From: an uncultured bacterium
Lineage (GTDB): Bacteria > Krumholzibacteriota > Krumholzibacteriia > Krumholzibacteriales > CAZTHK01
Direction: 5' to 3'
DNA length: 64,000 nt
NCBI GenBank assembly: GCA_964613215.1
Contig: CAZTHK010000016.1
Location: forward strand, 3,966 to 67,965
The position numbers were made by a program, and so were the translations under genes. Shown here in pieces: positions 61,301-64,000 of the stretch (positions within the stretch are counted from its first letter, which is position 1; each line of letters starts with the position of its first letter). Under the pieces are notes generated by a model that was given only the letters and a program-made list of their open reading frames with translations, did no database searches and was not told the origin of the DNA.

Positions 61301-61629
61301 ATCCCAGAAACGAGGTAGAGGAGGTTATCTCCGGAATATTCGGGGAGGTGGCGGGTGTGGACAGGGTGGGGATACATCAGGATTTCTTCACTCAACTGGG
61401 AGGTCATTCCCTGCTGGCCACTCAGCTGATGCTGCGTTTGAGGGATATACTCAGGTTCGAGGTGGATCTGCAGAATATCTTCCGCAGGCCCACAGTAGCG
61501 GGCCTGGCCGAACTGGCTGTGGAAGATCCCCGCAACCGGGAGAGGGTCAGAAAGGTGGCCCGGCATCTGATTGCCATAAGTAAACTCACAGATGAAGAAG
61601 TTGACCGAATGCTGTCGGAGGACCAGTGA
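58375..61629 (+). CDS. NRPS module C-A-T (1084 aa).
   Basis: C: SFAQQRLWFMEQ, HHIIADGWS. A: LAYILYTSGTTGRPKGV, NLYGPTETT, YRTGDLVRW, RRLDDQIKLRGFRIE, SAGRLNR. T: FFTQLGGHSLL. Confidence 0.9.
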   Translation: MTDKSYMFPLSFAQQRLWFMEQLAPGKPFYNLPSALDIEGPLEAEIIKKSLNEIVSRHETLRTCFKNVDGEPRQVVLDAVEFEMPLIDLSGIPPEERSRKADSICAEEGVKPFHLSSPPLFRARLLRMNRLEHILIFNIHHIIADGWSMGVLMDEIKKLYNIFSGDSGGKLPSLPIQYADYAVWQRRHLRGRVMELHLEYWKKKLEGAPPVLSLPSDRPRPPVPSFTGDNYNFRLSGHIHDRVIRISRDQGVTSYMIFMAAFAALLSRYSCQDDMVVGFPIANRTRAELEKLIGFFVNTLVLRIGLSGDPTLKELIRRVREVALDAYQHQDLPFEVLVRELSPERDISMNPICQVVLAMQNTPPDTEEIEGLEIHHREIKTGTTRFDIALHIREEKDGGGVFTGNCIYSTDLFDRSTIAGMVDNLVKLLEQGLSDPGLPLSNISLMDAEEERKILIDWNSTGRELSGPGTIHGMVEKAVAVHPDDTAVECMGDDSRLSYRELDSMAGRIAAFLIRRELGREAAVGVCMRRSPGMVAAVLGILRAGMAFVPMDPGYPEERLKYITGDSGSEIVITDILPADCRLGEGTEVVKIDTIVENQHPAREPAAIPVKGDNLAYILYTSGTTGRPKGVMIQHSSVVNYTSWVLENLTGEGCVIPLSTGLVFDASLKQLFGSLASGRGVKIVSEEDLLDPEELCRYLSSFSSVAFNCVPSLWETLIGTLQDRRDKNMDMPVDRLLLGGESLSSDLVDRTREVLPGTEIWNLYGPTETTANVTAAILNRRGGVPIGRPLWNTRVYVLDWEMKPVGRGIPGELYVGGMGVARGYLNRPALTAERFVPHPFGEGERLYRTGDLVRWNEDGELEFIRRLDDQIKLRGFRIEPQEIESVLRNYQGVKDSYVTLWEGDAGESMLAAYISGPSGISGDKLRSYLAGELPSYMIPSAYVWMEELPRDSAGRLNREQLPPPGIEGTAEEKDQHPRNEVEEVISGIFGEVAGVDRVGIHQDFFTQLGGHSLLATQLMLRLRDILRFEVDLQNIFRRPTVAGLAELAVEDPRNRERVRKVARHLIAISKLTDEEVDRMLSEDQ

Positions 61630-61650
61630 GTCATAAGAAGGAGAGAGATT

Positions 61651-64000
61651 TTGAACCGTTTCGATCTGTCCGATAAGGAGCGCCGTTTACTGGAGAAGAT
61701 GCTCGAAGCGGATGGGGTGGAAGCTTCAGCCGGAAGTATCAAACCCGGAGACAAGGAGGGTGAAATCCCCCTCTCCTATGCCCAGGAGAGACTCTGGTTC
61801 ATGGATCAGCTTATGCCGGAAAGTCCCTTCTACAATGAGATATCCGCATTCAGGACAGGAATGCCGGTAGACCGCTCCGCCATGGAACGAAGTATTAACA
61901 TGATCGTCCGGCGTCACCAGGTGCTCAGAACCTCCTTTCAGTCCAGGGAGGGCAGGCCCTATCAGAAGATACTGCCCCGGCTTGAGATAAAACTGGAGTA
62001 TACCGACCTCAGTGCATTGAGTGAACAGGAGCGGGAGGAGAGAGTACAGTCTATTGCCACCGAAGAGGTAAGAAAGCCCTTTGAACTGAGCAGCCCGCCC
62101 CGTATCAGAACCAGGTTGATCAAAACGGATGAACAGAGTTACGTGCTGTTGATAACCAAACATCATATTATTTCGGATGCCTGGTCCATCGGCGTTTTTA
62201 TCAGGGAATTATCTCAACTTTACCGTTCCTGTATCCGGAAGGAAGAACCATCTCTGCCCCGGCTTCCCATCCAGTATGCCGATTATGCCATCTGGCAGAG
62301 GGAATGGCTGGAAGGGGAGCTGCTGGAGAAACAGCTGTCATACTGGAGAAACAAGCTGGAAGGAGCCCCCTCCCGCTATACTCTTCCCCTCTCCGGAAAG
62401 AGGCCCCCGGTGGAGACATTCAGGGGAAGGAGGGTGAAAAGGAAGCTTTCCGGCCAGTTGGTTTCTTCGCTGAGATCCCTGTGCAGCAGGGAGAATGTTA
62501 CCATGTTCATGCTGATGATGGCGGCTTTCCAGACATTACTGTACCGGTACACCGGCCGGGGTGACACAGTGGTGGGTACCGGCATAGCCAACCGGAACAG
62601 GCCGGAGCTGGAGAATCTGATTGGCTTTTTTGTCAATACTCTGGTAATAAGGGTGGATATGTCGGATAATCCCACCTTCTCCGGGCTGCTCCGGAGGGTC
62701 AGGGAGACCACCCTGGAGGCATACCAGAATCAGGATGTTCCTTTCGAGAAACTGGTGGAAGAGATCCGGCCGGAGCGGGATCTGAGCAGCTCCCCACTGT
62801 TCCAGATAGCCCTCTTTTTCGAAAGCAATATGGCGCCCCGGGTGGATCTGGCCCGGTTAAACTTCGAGCCGATGGAGGTGGAGAGGGGCACCTCCAAGTT
62901 CGACCTTATTCTGTTTGTAACCGAGCAGGAAGAAAACATTACCTTCACCGCCGAGTACAACGTGGATCTGTTCGGTGATTCCCTGATGGAGGGGTTGCTG
63001 GAGCATCTGGAGGTTTTGCTGGGTGGTGTGGCGGAGGATGAGGGGAGGAGGCTGAGGGATCTGGATATCATGGGGGATGAGGAGAGGGAGCGGATACTGT
63101 ACCGCTGGAATGACACCGGTTGTGAGTATGGGGGCAGTGAGAGCCTGGCCGGTATGTTCCGTGAGGCTGCCGGGAGGTACGGTGAGAGGGAGGCGGTTGT
63201 CTGCGGGGATGAATCGATCAGCTATAGTGAGCTGGATGAACGTTCGGACTGTCTGGCTGGTTATCTCCGGGGTCTGGGTGTGGGGTTTGAGGATCAGGTG
63301 GGTGTATATATGCACCGGGGATTGGATATGATGGTATCGGTTCTGGGGATATTGAAGGGGGGAGGAGCCTATGTGCCCCTGGACCGGGAGTATCCGGTGG
63401 AGAGGTTAAGCTATATGGTGGAGTGCAGCGGGATAGAGGTTGTACTGGTGAGTGGTGGCGGAGGTGGTTTGATACCCGGGATCCGGGAGACAGATGTGCT
63501 GGGGGATTGGGATGAGATATCGGTCTGCCGGGACAGCTGTCCCGGAGATGGGGTGAGTGGGGATAGTGTTGGGTATGTACTGTACACCTCCGGGTCCACG
63601 GGCAGGCCCAAGGGGGTATTGATGCCGGTGGGCAGTCTGGTGAATCTGATAAGGTGGCAGGTGGATGAGTTTGGAGATGAGGGAGCGGGTAGGAGGGTGT
63701 TGCAGTTTGCCTCGTTGAGTTTTGATGTATCGTTTCAGGAGATGTTTTCCACCTGGGTAAGCGGGGGAGTGGTGGATGTGGTTTCGTCTGAGGTTAAGAA
63801 GGATCCGGAGAGGTTGTGGGGGCATATAGCTGAGAGGGGTATAGAGAGGGTATTTTTGCCCTTTGTGGCGTTACAGCAGCTGGCCGGGGTGTCGGGAGGA
63901 GGTATGAGGGGGAGTGAGTTGAAGGAGGTAATAACGGCTGGGGAGCAGTTGAGGGTGACTGAGTCTGTACGGGAGATGTTCCGCGGCAGTGGTTGCCGGC
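61651..64000 (+). CDS. NRPS module, 5' partial (C domain plus the start of an A domain). Continues beyond the window.
   Basis: TTG at 61651 after RBS aaggagagag. An alternative ATG is at 61696. C domain: LSYAQERLWFMDQ, HHIISDAWS. The open frame continues into an A domain (YVLYTSGSTGRPKGV) and runs to the window edge. It is absent from the ORF track because it is truncated. Confidence 0.85.
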   Translation, partial: MNRFDLSDKERRLLEKMLEADGVEASAGSIKPGDKEGEIPLSYAQERLWFMDQLMPESPFYNEISAFRTGMPVDRSAMERSINMIVRRHQVLRTSFQSREGRPYQKILPRLEIKLEYTDLSALSEQEREERVQSIATEEVRKPFELSSPPRIRTRLIKTDEQSYVLLITKHHIISDAWSIGVFIRELSQLYRSCIRKEEPSLPRLPIQYADYAIWQREWLEGELLEKQLSYWRNKLEGAPSRYTLPLSGKRPPVETFRGRRVKRKLSGQLVSSLRSLCSRENVTMFMLMMAAFQTLLYRYTGRGDTVVGTGIANRNRPELENLIGFFVNTLVIRVDMSDNPTFSGLLRRVRETTLEAYQNQDVPFEKLVEEIRPERDLSSSPLFQIALFFESNMAPRVDLARLNFEPMEVERGTSKFDLILFVTEQEENITFTAEYNVDLFGDSLMEGLLEHLEVLLGGVAEDEGRRLRDLDIMGDEERERILYRWNDTGCEYGGSESLAGMFREAAGRYGEREAVVCGDESISYSELDERSDCLAGYLRGLGVGFEDQVGVYMHRGLDMMVSVLGILKGGGAYVPLDREYPVERLSYMVECSGIEVVLVSGGGGGLIPGIRETDVLGDWDEISVCRDSCPGDGVSGDSVGYVLYTSGSTGRPKGVLMPVGSLVNLIRWQVDEFGDEGAGRRVLQFASLSFDVSFQEMFSTWVSGGVVDVVSSEVKKDPERLWGHIAERGIERVFLPFVALQQLAGVSGGGMRGSELKEVITAGEQLRVTESVREMFRGSGCR
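62966..64000 (+). repeat. Copy 2 of the perfect direct repeat, truncated by the window edge.
   Basis: See copy 1. The identity begins exactly at the C-A linker (…DLFGDSLMEGLLEHLEVLLGG) of the last NRPS gene. Confidence 0.9.

Noticed and set aside
1-64000. CRISPR arrays, tRNA or rRNA genes, IS elements or prophage genes.
   Set aside because: No regularly spaced direct repeats, no cloverleaf-compatible tRNA candidates in the intergenic regions inspected, and no transposase, integrase or phage-structural motifs were seen. The only large repeat is the intragenic NRPS duplication.
56294-64000. Treating the NRPS duplication purely as an assembly artefact.
   Set aside because: It cannot be excluded without reads. 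The in-frame offset, the breakpoint exactly at the C-A linker and the otherwise intact ORFs make a biological A-domain replacement at least as likely, so it is kept as a finding with an explicit refutation test.

Overview
This is a high-GC (~55-60%) bacterial chromosomal window with compact operons. Two proteins carry T9SS/Por-type C-terminal sorting domains, which points to an FCB-group-like organism; this is inference and the taxon is not resolved. The window holds three kinds of content. (1) Housekeeping and catabolic genes: thiC, a DinG-family helicase, hutU-hutI, rsmD, coaD, an aminotransferase, a GlcD-like FAD oxidase and obg. (2) A complete type IVa pilus locus in Myxococcus-like gene order: pilB-pilT-pilC-pilS-pilR-pilA, an ABC ATPase and permease, a TPR protein, then pilD-pilM-pilN-pilO-pilP-pilQ. 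Three near-consensus sigma-54 -24/-12 promoters sit ~110-125 nt upstream of pilB, pilA and pilM, and pilR in the locus encodes a sigma-54 activator. (3) From 45997 to the window edge, a hybrid NRPS-PKS biosynthetic gene cluster of at least five colinear, translationally coupled megasynthase genes: C-A-T, KS-AT-KR-DH-ACP, C-A-T, C-A-T, then C-A... running off the end. Inside this cluster a stretch of at least 1035 bp encoding an adenylation domain is present twice with 100% identity, at 56294-57328 and 62966-64000, and the identity begins at the C-A linker. No rRNA, tRNA, CRISPR array, transposase or integrase was recognised. Many long antisense ORFs in the six-frame track are GC-driven artefacts.
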